Part shown: piece by piece, positions 24,610 to 38,299 of the stretch
How the letters are laid out: each line of letters begins with the position of its first letter
Numbering within the stretch: the first letter of the stretch is position 1
Assembly: GCA_002269645.1 (NCBI GenBank)
Contig: NIVC01001298.1
Coordinates: 62,001-126,000, forward strand
Length of the DNA stretch: 64,000 nt
Direction of reading: 5' to 3'
DNA from: Macrostomum lignano
Lineage: Eukaryota
The notes under the pieces: generated by a model
What the model was told of the DNA's origin: nothing
The model's database searches: none
The model's input: only the letters and a program-made list of their open reading frames with translations
Position numbers and translations under genes: made by a program

Positions 24610-25340
24610 ATTATCCCATCCTTCATGATGCCATCCTACATGATGCCATCCTACATGATGCCATCCTACATGATCCCATACTACTTGATCCCATTCTACT
24701 TGATCCTATCCTACATGATCCCATACTACTTGATCCTATCCTACATGATCCCATACTACTTGATCCCATTCTACTTGATCCTATCCTACATGATCCCATA
24801 CTACTTGATCCTATCCTACATGATCCCATACTACTTGATCCCATTCTACTTGATCCTATCCTACATGATACCATTCTACATGATCCCATACTACTTGATC
24901 CCATTCTACTTGATCCTATCCTACATGATCCCATTCTACTTGATCCTATCCTACATGATCCCATACTACTTGATCCTATCCTACATGATCCCATACTACT
25001 TGATCCCATACTACTTGATCCTATCCTACATGATCCCATACTACTTGATCCTATCCTACATGATCCCATACTACTTGATCCCATACTACTTGATCCTATC
25101 CTACATGATCCCATACTACTTGATCCCATTCTACTTGATCCTATCCTACATGATACCATTCTACATGATCCCATACTACTTGATCCCATACTACTTGATC
25201 CTATCCTACATGATACCATTCTACATGATCCCATACTACTTGATCCCATTCTACTTGATCCTATCCTACATGATACCATTCTACATGATCCCATACTACA
25301 TGATCCCATACTACTTGATCCTATCCTACATGATCCCATC
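24610..25340. repeat. 15-bp minisatellite (cctacatgatcccat / ctacttgatcc variants) with higher-order grouping
   Basis: Direct inspection. Confidence 0.95.
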
Positions 25341-25874
25341 CATAAATCCATAAATGCGGATGACTAAAAAATGACAAAATGCCGTGTGGTAGATCGAGTT
25401 TCTCCAATTCAAGTTAGCAAAGAACGGGATTTGCTACTTGCTTTAAACCCTCTTTAGTGTACAGTCCAGGTAAATCTAGAGATCCTTGTCGACTTCGCAC
25501 GAAAGCCGGTTTTGAAGGCTGCTTGGGGGCGCACGGGGGTCTAACCGAGACGAGGTCAGACTTATAGGCGCATAAAATCACAAGGGAAGCGTGCGGTTCG
25601 TGCAGAGCCGTAGCATCCAGAGGCCTTGGCCAACTTACTGACGAATAATTTTATCAAATAATTTAGTATCGCTAAGTATTTTGTTTAATCAGAGCTATCA
25701 AACCGAGGCGACTTGCAGCAGGGACTCAAGCATCCGGGGTGCTGTAGCTGACTAATTTTATCTGGCGATGCGACTTGCATTGCCGGGTCACTCGTCACTC
25801 TTTGGCAATGCTTTTGTAAGTTTACAGATGCTATTTCTAGCTTATTTTGTCTTTTTAATCAAATTGGTTGTGTC

Positions 25875-26868
25875 TCAAACCAACTGACTTTCTCAGGTCA
25901 AGTCTCAAGCCGATTGACTTTCTCAGGTCAAGTCTCCAACCGATTGACTTTCTCAGGTCAAGTCTCCAACCGATTGATTTTTCTCAGGCCAAAAGTCTCC
26001 AACCGATTGACTTTCTCAGGTCAAGTCTTCAACCGATTGACTTTCTCAGGTCAAGTCTCCAACCAGTTGACTTTCTCAGGTCAAGTCTCAAACCAGTTCA
26101 CTTTCTCAGGTCAAGTCTCAAACCAATTGACTTTCTCAGGTCAAGTCTCCAACCAGTTGACTTTCTCAGGTCAAGTCTCAAACCAGTTCACTTTCTCAGG
26201 TCAAGTCTCAAACCAGTTGACTTTCTCAGGTCAAGTCTCCAACCGATTGACTTTCTCAGGTCAAGTCTCCAACCAATTGACTTTCTCAGGTCAAGTCTCA
26301 AACCAATTGACTTTCTCAGGTCAAGTCTCCAACCAATTGACTTTCTCAGGTCAAGTCTTCAACCAATTGACTTTCTCAGGTCAAGTCTCCAACCAATTGA
26401 CTTTCTCAGGTCAAGTCTCCAACCAATTGACTTTCTCAGGTCAAGTCTCAAACCAGTTGACTTTCTCAGGTCAAGTCTCCAACCAATTGACTTTCTCAGG
26501 TCAAGTCTCCAACCAATTGACTTTCTCAGGTCAAGTCTCCAACCAATTGACTTTCTCAGGTCAAGTCTCAAACCAGTTGACTTTCTCAGGTCAAGTCTCC
26601 AACCAATTGACTTTCTCAGGTCAAGTCTCCAACCAATTGACTTTCTCAGGTCAAGTCTCCAACCAATTGACTTTCTCAGGTCAAGTCTCCAACCAATTGA
26701 CTTTCTCAGGTCAAGTCTCAAACCAGTTGACTTTCTCAGGTCAAGTCTCCAACCAATTGACTTTCTCAGGTCAAGTCTCCAACCAATTGACTTTCTCAGG
26801 TCAAGTCTCCAACCAATTGACTTTCTCAGGTCAAGTCTCCAACCAATTGACTTTCTCAGGTCAAGTCT
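25875..26868. repeat. 30-bp minisatellite (aaccaattgactttctcaggtcaagtctcc), ~33 units
   Basis: Direct inspection. Confidence 0.95.
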
Positions 26869-27429
26869 AAAAATCAATTGATTGCTTCCTCCAGTTCTGA
26901 AGTCACGCACTTCGTTCGCACATGCTTTCCGATAAATCCTGGATGCGTTCTGTTGTCTCAGCTTCGAGAAAAATGACTGACAAATGAACAGAGCCACGCG
27001 TCAGTATGCAGCCAGTTTTCATCGTGTATAGAAAGTGCACCGCCAGGCCATCCCTGCGAAATGTTTCCATAAACCCAGGCTGGTCTACAGCCAGCAGACA
27101 GAGAATTCAAAGGTGAATAGCGAAAATGCAATTCAAGAAGTAGCGCTTTTCCCACACTGCACAGCCGCACACCTGTGACCTTTCTGCTTTCAGTGCCCAC
27201 CCCCTTGCCACCGCCACCGCCCCGATTGAAATGAAATCCCTTCAATTGAACCCTTTAAACACTTCATGTCTTCTTAGAGAAAAGTCGAAGAATAGGTTTC
27301 GGTTTGGACCGGTTTAAACTAAACAAAACTTTATTGAGGAGTCACGTCTCCACTGAACAGCCGCTTCGTGTGAACAGCCGTTGGTGAGCGCTGCAGCTCC
27401 TTGACATATAACAATGCTGTCTTCATGAT

Positions 27430-27760
27430 CCACTCTCCCTGCACTCTCCCTGCACTCTCCTTGCACTCTCCCTGCACTCTCCCTGCACTCTCCCTGCACT
27501 CTCCCTGCACTCTCCCTGCACTCTCCCTGCACTCTCCCTGCACTCTCCCTGCACTCTCCCTGCACTCTCCCTGCACTCTCCCTGCACTCTCCCTGCACTC
27601 TCCCTGCACTCTCCCTGCACTCTCTCTGCACTCTCCCTGCACTCTCCCTGCACTCTCCCTGCACTCTCCCTGCACTCTCCCTGCACTCTCCCTGCACTCT
27701 CTCTGCACTCTCCCTGCACTCTCCCTGCACTCTCCCTGCACTCTCCCTGCACTCCCTACA
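27430..27760. repeat. 11-bp minisatellite (ccctgcactct), ~30 units
   Basis: Direct inspection. Confidence 0.95.
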
Positions 27761-28289
27761 CTCACTACACTCCCTGCATTACTTATACTCCCTGCACTCC
27801 CTGCACTCCCGACACTGTTCATAGGCCAAAGAGCAGAACCAACTCGCCCATTGTTTTCTAGGCATTCGATTAATATGCATTTTTTCATTCCTTCCCTTGA
27901 CTGGTGACTGGTGAATAAATTTTAATTTTCCCGAGTGCAATGAAAGTTGCTTCTATAAATGAAGCACCTCGCTGACAGGCACCCTGGGGCAGCACTTTCA
28001 TCGCACTGAGGCTGACCCCAGATTAAAGTCCTTTTTTCAAGTTTTTCTCTATCGACTTCAAACCGATTTCTTTGGCCGCCAGTCTCCTCTCACTCTGTCT
28101 GTGCATCTCTTTGTAGGCGTTTTAATTTCTAGTTTGCTACATTTGTCACTCTGATTAATTAGATAGGTTAATGATTTTGAGCCCCCTTCAGTCTGCTTTC
28201 ACTGAAGATCAAAGAACTTTGGGTCTACGAAAGGTTTATCGGTAATTCCCAGTAGAGACAGTCTAGGTGAATGACACTTATTCTGGAGA

Positions 28290-28556
28290 TCAGGTATCAT
28301 AGAGAGCAGGTGTCATAGACAGCAGGTGTCATCGAGAGCAGGTGTCATCGAGAGCAGGTGTCATAGACAGCAGGTGTCATCGAGAGCAGGTGTCATAGAG
28401 ATCAGGTGTCATAGACAGCAGGTGTCATCGAGAGCAGGTGTCATAGAGAGCAGGTGTCATAGACAGCAGGTGTCATCGAGAGCAGGTGTCATAGACAGCA
28501 GGTGTCATAGACAGCAGGTGTCATCGAGAGCAGGTGTCATAGAGAGCAGGTGTCAT
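28290..28556. repeat. 14/16-bp minisatellite (agcaggtgtcatagac / ...catcgag)
   Basis: Direct inspection. Confidence 0.9.
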
Positions 28557-28927
28557 CAAGCATCGCATTCCAGCAAGCTGGGGATAGGACAATGCTTGAA
28601 TCATGGGTTACCATATTGACTTAATTCACTGCTAATGCCAAGTGTCCAAACTTGGCCAAAACTGTATCTGCCTATGCGATGAGTTCAGAGTCAAGCGCCC
28701 CTCATATTATTGGTCTATTCTTAACCGTAAGAGGCAGGAGAAAGTGTGTAGTCTGCAGGGCATGTATCCGACTGGGGTTTTGGCTGCTATAGCTAAACAG
28801 TATTATGGATTGCGAGTTGTAAACCTGATAAACTGCAAGCTTGGAAGAGTGTACCGAAAGAATAATTGAGGCTCAAGGTAAATCTCTGGCTTTTTCAGCT
28901 TTTTATTCGTTGAAGATTAATGAAGAA

Positions 28928-29510
28928 GAGACAGAGTGAGAGGAAGACAGAGTAAGAGGGAGACAGAGTGAGAGGGAGACAGAGTAAGAGGGAGACAGAG
29001 TGAAAGGGAGACAGAGTGAGAGGGAGACAGAGTAAGAGGGAGACAGAGCGAGAGGGAGACAGAGTAAGAGGGAGACAGAGTGAGAGGGAGACAGAGTGAG
29101 AGGGAGACAGCGAGAGGGAGACAGAGCGAGAGGGAGACAGAGTAAGAGGGAGACAGAGCGAGAGGGAGACAGAGTAAGAGGGAGACAGAGTGAGAGGGAG
29201 ACAGAGTGAGAGGGAGACAGCGAGAGGGAGACAGAGCGAGAGGGAGACAGAGTGAGAGGGAGACAGAGCGAGAGGGAGACAGAGTGAAAGGGAGACAGAG
29301 TGAGAGGGAGACAGAGCGAGAGGGAGACAGAGCGAGAGGGAGACAGAGTGAGAGGGAGACAGAGTGAGAGGGAGACAGAGTGAGAGGGAGACAGAGCGAG
29401 AGGGAGACAGAGCGAGAGGGAGACAGAGTGAGAGGGAGACAGAGCGAGAGGGAGACAGAGCGAGAGGGAGACAGAGCGAGAGGGAGACAGAGTGAGAGGG
29501 AGACAGAGAG
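28928..29510. repeat. 16-bp purine-rich minisatellite (gagagggagacagagt/c)
   Basis: Direct inspection. Confidence 0.95.
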
Positions 29511-29964
29511 GGGTTGCAAAAATGAGAGAGTTTCAATTGAGAGAGACATATTTAGAGAGCAGGCAAGCAGAGGGTGTGATATTCTTGAAAAAATTGTAGA
29601 ATTGCACCAAAGCTAAAAGCCCCAGCGCTATCACTTGAAGCGCTAGCGAATACCGATATGGAAAAGGAATTAATTCTTCATATACAGCAGTTACCGGGAT
29701 ATAATATCACAGACGTATGAATCATCAAATCTTATTTAGGCGCACACAAACACGATTCGCTTAACAGCCCAGATTTCACTTCCTTCTCATAATTCACACG
29801 GCTTCGGAGCGGCAATAACCGGTTGGCTGGCCTGGCGGCCCACACTTTCAACGGGTCATTTATTCCTTGGGGATGGATTAATCAGGTTATGAACTGGGGG
29901 AGAGGACTTGCTGCTGTTTGCTGAATGCACTGCGAATCCCTGCAGGCCTCCCTCAGTGCAACTC

Positions 29965-30905
29965 TCCCTCTCTGACCCCCTCTCTGACCCCCTCTCTGAC
30001 CCCCTCTCTGACCCCCTCTCTGACCCCCTCTCTGACCCCCTCTCTGACCCCCTCTCTGACCCCCTCTCTGACCCCCTCTCTGACCCCCTCTCTGACCCCC
30101 TCTCTGACCCCCTCTCTGACCCCCTCTCTGACCCCCTCTCTGACCCCCTCTCTGACCCCCTCTCTGACCCCCTCTCTGACCCCCTCTCTGACCCCCTCAC
30201 TGACCCCCTCACTGACCCCCTCTCCGACCCCCTCTCTGACCCCCTCTCTGACCCCCTCTCTGACCCCCTCCCTGACCCCTCCCTGACCCCCTCCCTGACC
30301 CCCTCTCTGACCCCATCTCTGACCCCCTCACTGACCCCCTCACTGACCCCCTCACTGACCCCCTCTCTGACCCCCTCTCTGACCCCCTCTCTGACCTCCT
30401 CACTGACCCCTCTCTGACCCCTCTCTGACCCCCTCTCTGACCCCCTCTCGGTCTCCCTCTCAGACCCCCTCTCTGACCCCCTCTCTGACCCCCTCTCGGT
30501 CTCCCTCTCAGTCTCCCTCTCGGTCTCTCTCTCAGTCTCCCTCTCAGTCTCCCTCTCGGTCTCCCTCTCGGTCTCCCTCTCAGTCTCCCTCTCAGTCTCC
30601 CTCTCGGTCTCCCTCTCGGTCTCCCTCTCGGTCTCCCTCTCGGTCTCCCTCTCGGTCTCCCTCTCGGTCTCCCTCTCGGTCTCCCTCTCGGTCTCCCTCT
30701 CGGTCTCCCTCTCGGTCTCCCTCTCGGTCTCCCTCTCGGTCTCCCTCTCGGTCTCCCTCTCGGTCTCCCTCTCGGTCTCCCTCTCGGTCTCTCTCTCGGT
30801 CTCCCTCTCGGTCTCCCTCTCAGTCTCCCTCTCGGTCTCCCTCTCGGTCTCCCTCTCGATCTCCTTCTCTGTCCCCCCCTCTCTGTGTCTTCCTCACTGA
30901 CCCCC
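29965..30905. repeat. Compound 12-bp minisatellite: (ctctctgacccc)n changing to (ctctcggtctcc)n
   Basis: Direct inspection; switch around 30440-30560. Confidence 0.95.
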
Positions 30906-30967
30906 TCTCTCTCCCTCTCTCTCATATCATCAACCGGAAGCAGTTCAACTAAAAGTTCACTCTTCTG

Positions 30968-31250
30968 CGTTTATCACCCACCTCAGCCAGCCGCAGTTTA
31001 AACAGTTCAAAATTAAAGTTTTCAGCTGCAGAACATTTAAAAGTGCAATTAAGTGTTTATGCATTGAATATAAAATGTTAGTACACATCAAATAGGATAT
31101 AATGTAGAGATTGGAGTGCAGCCATCGATAGTCATCTTCCAATTTCTGTCCCGCTCTGTCTGCCTCTGCCGTCTCATTCTCTATCGCCTTGCGAGCATTG
31201 CGAGCATTTTCTCAGTCAAATCTGACTCAATGAGACAGTCTTGTTCAAGA
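30968..31250 (+). mobile_element. ~285-bp dispersed repeat, copy 1 (unclassified non-autonomous element)
   Basis: Aligns by eye as the reverse complement of 55249-55539 (e.g. cgtttatcacccacctcag; ctcagtcaaatctgactcaatgagacagtc). Confidence 0.7.
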
Positions 31251-33230
31251 CAATCTGAAGCCAGCTATCTAGAGTGCCAAGACAATCTGAAACCAGCTAT
31301 CTAGAGTGATAAGACAATCTGAAACCAGCTATCTAGAGTGCCAAGACAATCTGAAGCCAGCTATCTAGAGTGATAAGACAATCTGAAACCAGCTATCTAG
31401 AGTGATAAGACAATCTGAAATCAGCTATCTAGAGTGATAAGAAAATCTGAAACTAGCTATCTAGAGAGATAGACAATCTGAAACCAGCTATCTAGAGTGC
31501 CAAGACAATCTGAAGCCAGCTATCTGGAGTGATAAGACAATCTGAAACCAGCTATCTAGAGTGCCAAGACAATCTGAAGCCAGCTATCTGGAGTGATAAG
31601 ACAATCTGAAACCAGCTATCTAGAGTGCCAAGACAATCTGAAGCCAGCTATCTGGAGTGATAAGACAATCTGAAACCAGCTATCTAGAGTGCCAAGACAA
31701 TCTGAAATCAGCTATCTAGAGTGATAAGACAATCTGAAGCCAGCTATCTAGAGTGATAAGACAATCTGAAACCAGCTATCTAGAGTGCCAAGACAATCTG
31801 AAGCCAGCTATCTGGAGTGATAAGACAATCTGAAACCAGCTATCTAGAGTGCCAAGACAATCTGAAATCAGCTATCTAGAGTGATAAGACAATCTGAAGC
31901 CAGCTATCTAGAGTGATAAGACAATCTGAAACCAGCTATCTAGAGTGCCAAGACAATCTGAAGCCAGCTATCTGGAGTGATAAGACAATCTGAAACCAGC
32001 TATCTAGAGTGATAAGACAATCTGAAACCAGCTATCTAGAGTGATAAGACAATCTGAAACCAGCTATCTAGAGTGATATGACAATCTGAAACCAGCTATC
32101 TAGAGTGATAAGACAATCTGAAACCAGCTATCTAGAGTGATAAGACAATCTGTAACCAGCTATCTAGAGTGCCAAGACAATCTGAAACCAGCTATCTAGA
32201 GTGATAAGACAATCTGAAACCAGCTATCTAGAGTGCCAAGACAATCTGAAATCAGCTATCTAGAGTGATAAGACAATCTGAAACCAGCTATCTAGAGTGA
32301 TAAGACAATCTGAAACCAGCTATCTAGAGTGCCAAGACAATCTGAAACCAGCTATCTAGAGTGATAAGACAATCTGAAACCAGCTATCTAGAGTGCCAAG
32401 ACAATCTGAAACCAGCTATCTAGAGTGATAAGACAATCTGAAACCAGCTATCTAGAGTGCCAAGACAATCTGAAGCCAGCTATCTGGAGTGATAAGACAA
32501 TCTGAAACCAGCTATCTAGAGTGCCAAGACAATCTGAAATCAGCTATCTAGAGTGATAAGACAATCTGAAGCCAGCTATCTAGAGTGATAAGACAATCTG
32601 AAACCAGCTATCTAGAGTGCCAAGACAATCTGAAGCCAGCTATCTGGAGTGATAAGACAATCTGAAACCAGCTATCTAGAGTGATAAGACAATCTGAAAC
32701 CAGCTATCTAGAGTGATAAGACAATCTGAAACCAGCTATCTAGAGTGATAAGACAATCTGAAACCAGCTATCTAGAGTGATAAGACAATCTGAAACCAGC
32801 TATCTAGAGTGATAAGACAATCTGAAACCAGCTATCTAGAGTGCCAAGACAATCTGAAACCAGCTATCTAGAGTGATAAGACAATCTGAAACCAGCTATC
32901 TAGAGTGCCAAGACAATCTGAAATCAGCTATCTAGAGTGATAAGACAATCTGAAACCAGCTATCTAGAGTGCCAAGACAATCTGAAGCCAGCTATCTAGA
33001 GTGATAAGAAAATCTGAAACCAGCTATCTAGAGAGATAGACAATCTGAAACCAGCTATCTAGAGTGCCAAGACAATCTGAAGCCAGCTATCTGGAGTGAT
33101 AAGACAATCTGAAATCAGCTATCTAGAGTGATAAGACAATCTGAAACCAGCTATCTAGAGTGCCAAGACAATCTGAAGCCAGCTATCTAGAGTGCCAAGA
33201 CAATCTGAAACCAGCTATCTAGAGTGCCAA
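31247..33230. repeat. 32-bp minisatellite (gacaatctgaaaccagctatctagagtgataa), ~62 units
   Basis: Direct inspection; units abut with no spacers. Confidence 0.95.
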
Positions 33231-33567
33231 GGTGCTATTAATCTATTGACTATTGAACTCTATAAGTAATCGATGCCGGGTGCACTCCTTCATGAAAAAT
33301 GAGGATAATCCAAGTTTTTGATCCCAGCCTCCTTGGCTCAGCGAGTTCGAACAGTGCTTGAGGCGGAGGAGGCCGAGACCTCAGCTCGAGAATGGATGGC
33401 GGGATTCGATCCCGGGCCAATGGCGGCCTGATTGGCTCAAGTGTCGCTTGGAAGCCATAAATGCTCAAAGTTTTGCAGAAATTCTTCTCTAAGAAATTCT
33501 CTTCAATTTTCGAGCCGAGTCTTCAATTCAATCGAAGACTCGAAGCGCGAAGTTTCGCAAGAGAATT

Positions 33568-33794
33568 ATGAATCTGAATCACCTCATATCGGGCGGAGCT
33601 CGGAACCCCTGCTCATCTAGTGGCGGTGGCGCCGGGACTGGCGCCGCTTCTGCTCAGACTGGCGCCAGTGGCGGCGGCGCGGCGGGCTTTCTGGGTCCCG
33701 GCTCGGCCGCGAGGCACCTGCACTCGCATGAGCACTCCAGCGGCTCTGAGAACTCATGGGCCTTCACTACGGATGAAGATTCGCCGTTTGGAAG
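33568..33794 (+). CDS. Candidate 5' coding exon A (MNLNHLISGG...SPFG), possibly of the Shaker gene
   Basis: GC-rich Gly/Ala/Ser ORF ending at donor aAG|GTagtt (33794/33795, phase 2), compatible with the phase-2 acceptor at 35639/35640. Confidence 0.45.
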
Positions 33795-33904
33795 GTAGTT
33801 TTGAGTGGCCGGATGAGGCGCCTGAGCGGCGGGATTCAAGTTGGATGATTCGGGATGCAGAAAATCCTGCCCCCTGTCTACCCGAGTGTCTACCTTCAAA
33901 TCTG

Positions 33905-34600
33905 CTTTCTACCCTACTATCTACCTCCTAGTTCGCTAATTTACCCTACTATCTACCTCCTAATTCGCTAATTTACCCTACTATCTACCTCCTAATTCGC
34001 TAATTTACCCTACTATCTACCTCCTAATTCGCTAATTTACCCTACTATCTACCTCCTAATTCGCTAATTTACCCTACTATCTACCTCCTAATTCGCTAAT
34101 TTACCCTACTTTCTACCCACTAATTCTCTAATTTACCCTACTATCTACCTCCTAGTTCGCTAATTTACCCTACTATCTACCTCCTAGTTCGCTAATCTAC
34201 CCTACTATCTACCTCCTAATTCGCTAATTTACCCTACTATCTACCTCCTAATTCGCTAATTTACCCTACTTTCTACCCACTAATTCTCTAATTTACCCTA
34301 CTATCTACCTCCTAGTTCGCTAATTTACCCTACTATCTACCTCCTAGTTCGCTAATCTACCCTACTATCTACCTCCTAATTCGCTAATCTACCCTACTTT
34401 CTACCCACTAATTCTCTAATCCTCTCTACTATCTACCCACTAATTCTCTAATCCACTCTACTATCTACCTCCAAATTCTCTAATCTAATTTACTATCTAC
34501 CTGCTAATTCACTAATCTACGCTACTATCTACCTTATAATTAAATCTAACCTACTATCTACCTCCTAATAATCTAATCTACTCTACTATTTATCTACTAA
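33905..34600. repeat. 32-bp minisatellite (ttcgctaatttaccctactatctacctcctaa), decaying rightwards
   Basis: Direct inspection. Confidence 0.9.
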
Positions 34601-35228
34601 TGCACTAATATACACTACTCCTAAATCCCTTAACTAGCCCTCCATCTATCTGCCAGATACAAGCATATTTCAAATTCTTAGAAACCAATACAGTTTGTAC
34701 TTCACTGAAACGCAATAAATTTCTATCACTCAAGCCGAAGCTCTGTCAGACATGTTCTGTCTCTTTGGCATCTCCCGTGCCGATGAAAATTTCATAGCTA
34801 ACTACATTTTTAGGGCAAAAATGGAGAGAGAGATGTTTAAGATTCAGCTAGCCTAGCTCTCTAAATTTAGATCCCGTATTCACCCACACACACGCACACA
34901 CAATTCACCCCGACCCGAACTGAAGTCGAAGCCAATTAAGCTGCTTGCAAGAGCCAATGCAACCCAGGTCAGGGATATCAGGATACAGGGATATCGAACA
35001 TCGAACTGAACTTTATTGTGGTGGGCGGCGGAGGTTGCAAAGTTGCAGGCACAAATCTACACTCAAGTTTATATGCGTGTTTTTCTGCACTTCTTTAATA
35101 TTCTAGTTTTTTGCACTTTTAGCTCAAAAAACGGTAGGAATAAAAGCTGGCTTGTTATGAATAGAGAATGGCAGAGTCGGCAGTTCTAATAAATTAAACA
35201 TGATCTATCCCAACTGGCTAAAGGGGTC

Positions 35229-35614
<386 letters not shown>

Positions 35615-35639
35615 CAGGCGGAAAGACCCTTTATGCAAG

Positions 35640-36024
35640 AGTTCAGCCACAAGTTGTACTCGGCCGCATGCAGCTGCTCTGCTCGCCTCAAATCGCGCTG
35701 CATCCCAACTGCAGAAAAGGCACCACCGGCACCACCTGCTCGAGCAGCCGTTTCGGGCCAGGATCCTCCTCAAGTCCGACTGCGCCCGGACAGCCGGGTG
35801 TGGCCGGCTTGGACTCGGACACCGGCCAGTACCTGCGGCCGCATCAGCACCAGCACTACCAACAGCACCAGCAGCACCAACAGCACCAACAGCACCAGCA
35901 GCACCAGCAACAGTCTTCGAAGGCTCCGGGCTCAACGACTGGAGGCAGTGGTGCTGGCGGCTGCCCTGATGACAACGCCATGACTGAGGAACGAAGGTTA
36001 GTAGAAGCCATATACGCTCGTATC
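35640..36024 (+). CDS. Candidate 5' coding exon B (Q/H-rich tract; ends ...EERRLVEAIYARI), possibly of the Shaker gene
   Basis: Acceptor gcaAG|A at 35639; open frame; donor atc|GTAAGC at 36024/36025 (phase 0) matches the Shaker acceptor at 41528; alternative donor at 35996/35997 (phase 2). Confidence 0.5.
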
Positions 36025-36305
36025 GTAAGCTGCACTTTTCTCGCTGGCAGACGTCAATAAATAATATAAAAATAAATTCTGCTGTTTTTTAGATCGAGCA
36101 AGTGCTCAGAGTGCGGAACCCGACACTCTTGCTTTGGGAGGGGGGGGGCTTGGGTAAAACTGCTTCGAATTGCGGTTTGGACCAAATTAGATAAATTGGT
36201 TTCTGAGGTCGGGTGAGTTAAGCTGTTGCGGATACTATTAGTGAGATTACTGGCTGCCTAGTGCTGCTCAAGTTTCAGACTATGGGAGAATTAAACTCGT
36301 GAGCA

Positions 36306-36830
<525 letters not shown>

Positions 36831-37294
36831 AGACGCTAAAAGCAGCCGCCTGAAACAGGCACTCAGACAGTTGAGACAGCTGACACGCGTCCGTCCTAAC
36901 CCAGGGTGGCAAACAGGCAGGCGGCTCCCAAGCGGCGCAGAATCCTTGAGACGGTTAGTAGCGCAGCGGAGAAGCTCAGAATCTGCAGGACTTTGGCTTG
37001 TCTGCCCGAATCTATTTTTAGAATCCGCACTGCGTCCCCACGGGTCCGTCCAGGCGGGTCAGCTTTCCCATCTCCCTCAGGCCCTCCCACCCGAGATTAA
37101 TTGCGGTCGGGCGGTTCTGCAATTTTCCCTGCCCACATCTTTGCGATTCGGGACCGCCAGCGACTTTTTTGCTGCCGACTTTCATCTTCTTTAAAACAAT
37201 TTTTCTGTTTCCGTTCGCAACCAATTCATGCCAAGTGTCGCGTTCCACTTACGCCAAACTTTTGTCTGCCCGAACCAAGAAACTTCAAAAACCA

Positions 37295-38110
37295 CATACA
37301 CTTCACAAACCATAGAGACACTTCACAAACCACAGACACTTCACAAACCACAGACACTTCACAAACCAACGACACTTCACAAACCACAGACACTTCACAA
37401 ACCACAGACACTTCACAAACCATAGAGACACTTCACAAACCATAGAGACACTTCACAAACCATAGAGACACTTCACAAACCACAGACACTTCACAAACCA
37501 CAGACACTTCACAAACCAACGACACTTCACAAACCACAGACACTTCACAAACCACAGACACTTCACAAACCAACGACACTTCACAAACCACAGACACTTC
37601 ACAAACCATAGAGACACTTCACAAACCATAGAGACACTTCACAAACCATAGAGACACTTCACAAACCATAGAGATACTTCACAAACCATAAAGACACTTC
37701 ACAAACCACAGACACTTCACAAACCATAGAGACACTTCACAAACCATAGAGACACTTCACAAACCATAGAGATACTTCACAAACCATAAAGACACTTCAC
37801 AAACCACAGAGACACTTTACAAACCATAGAGACACTTCACAAACCATAGAGACACTTCACAAACCATAGAGACACTTCACAAACCATAAAGACACTTCAC
37901 AAACCACAGAGACACTTTACAAACCATAGAGACACTTCACAAACCACATACACTTCACAAACCATAGAGACACTTCACAAACCATAGAGACACTTCACAA
38001 ACCACATACACTTCACAAACCACAGAGCATAGAGACTTCACAAACCATAGAGACACTTCACAAACCACAAAGCATAGAGACTTCACAAACCATAGTGACA
38101 ATTCACAAAC
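37295..38110. repeat. 20-22-bp minisatellite (cacttcacaaaccatagaga)
   Basis: Direct inspection. Confidence 0.95.
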
Positions 38111-38299
38111 GAGGCATCGAAGGAAGCAAGAAGCACCGAGAAATTGTATCACTATGCCTATTTTCTATCCCAATTATCTGTCTTTTACTCTAAAAATTAA
38201 AATATTTTCAAGAGGGCTGCGGGCACTTTGACGGAGCATCGTCGGTAAAGTCAAGTAAAATCCTAAGGCAATTCTGGCCATTTAACTTACCGCTCACCC

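Noticed and set aside
24534-30925. LHDPI, DFLRSSLQPI, ECRESAGRVQG, SLSLCLP, SDPL and RGRP repeat ORFs
   Set aside because: All are translations of tandem repeats.
31247-33230. 32-bp repeat array as CRISPR
   Set aside because: Units abut with no unique spacers, no cas genes, and the context is eukaryotic.
33395-33420. gggattcgatccc as a tRNA T-arm or B-box
   Set aside because: No acceptor, D or anticodon stems could be built.
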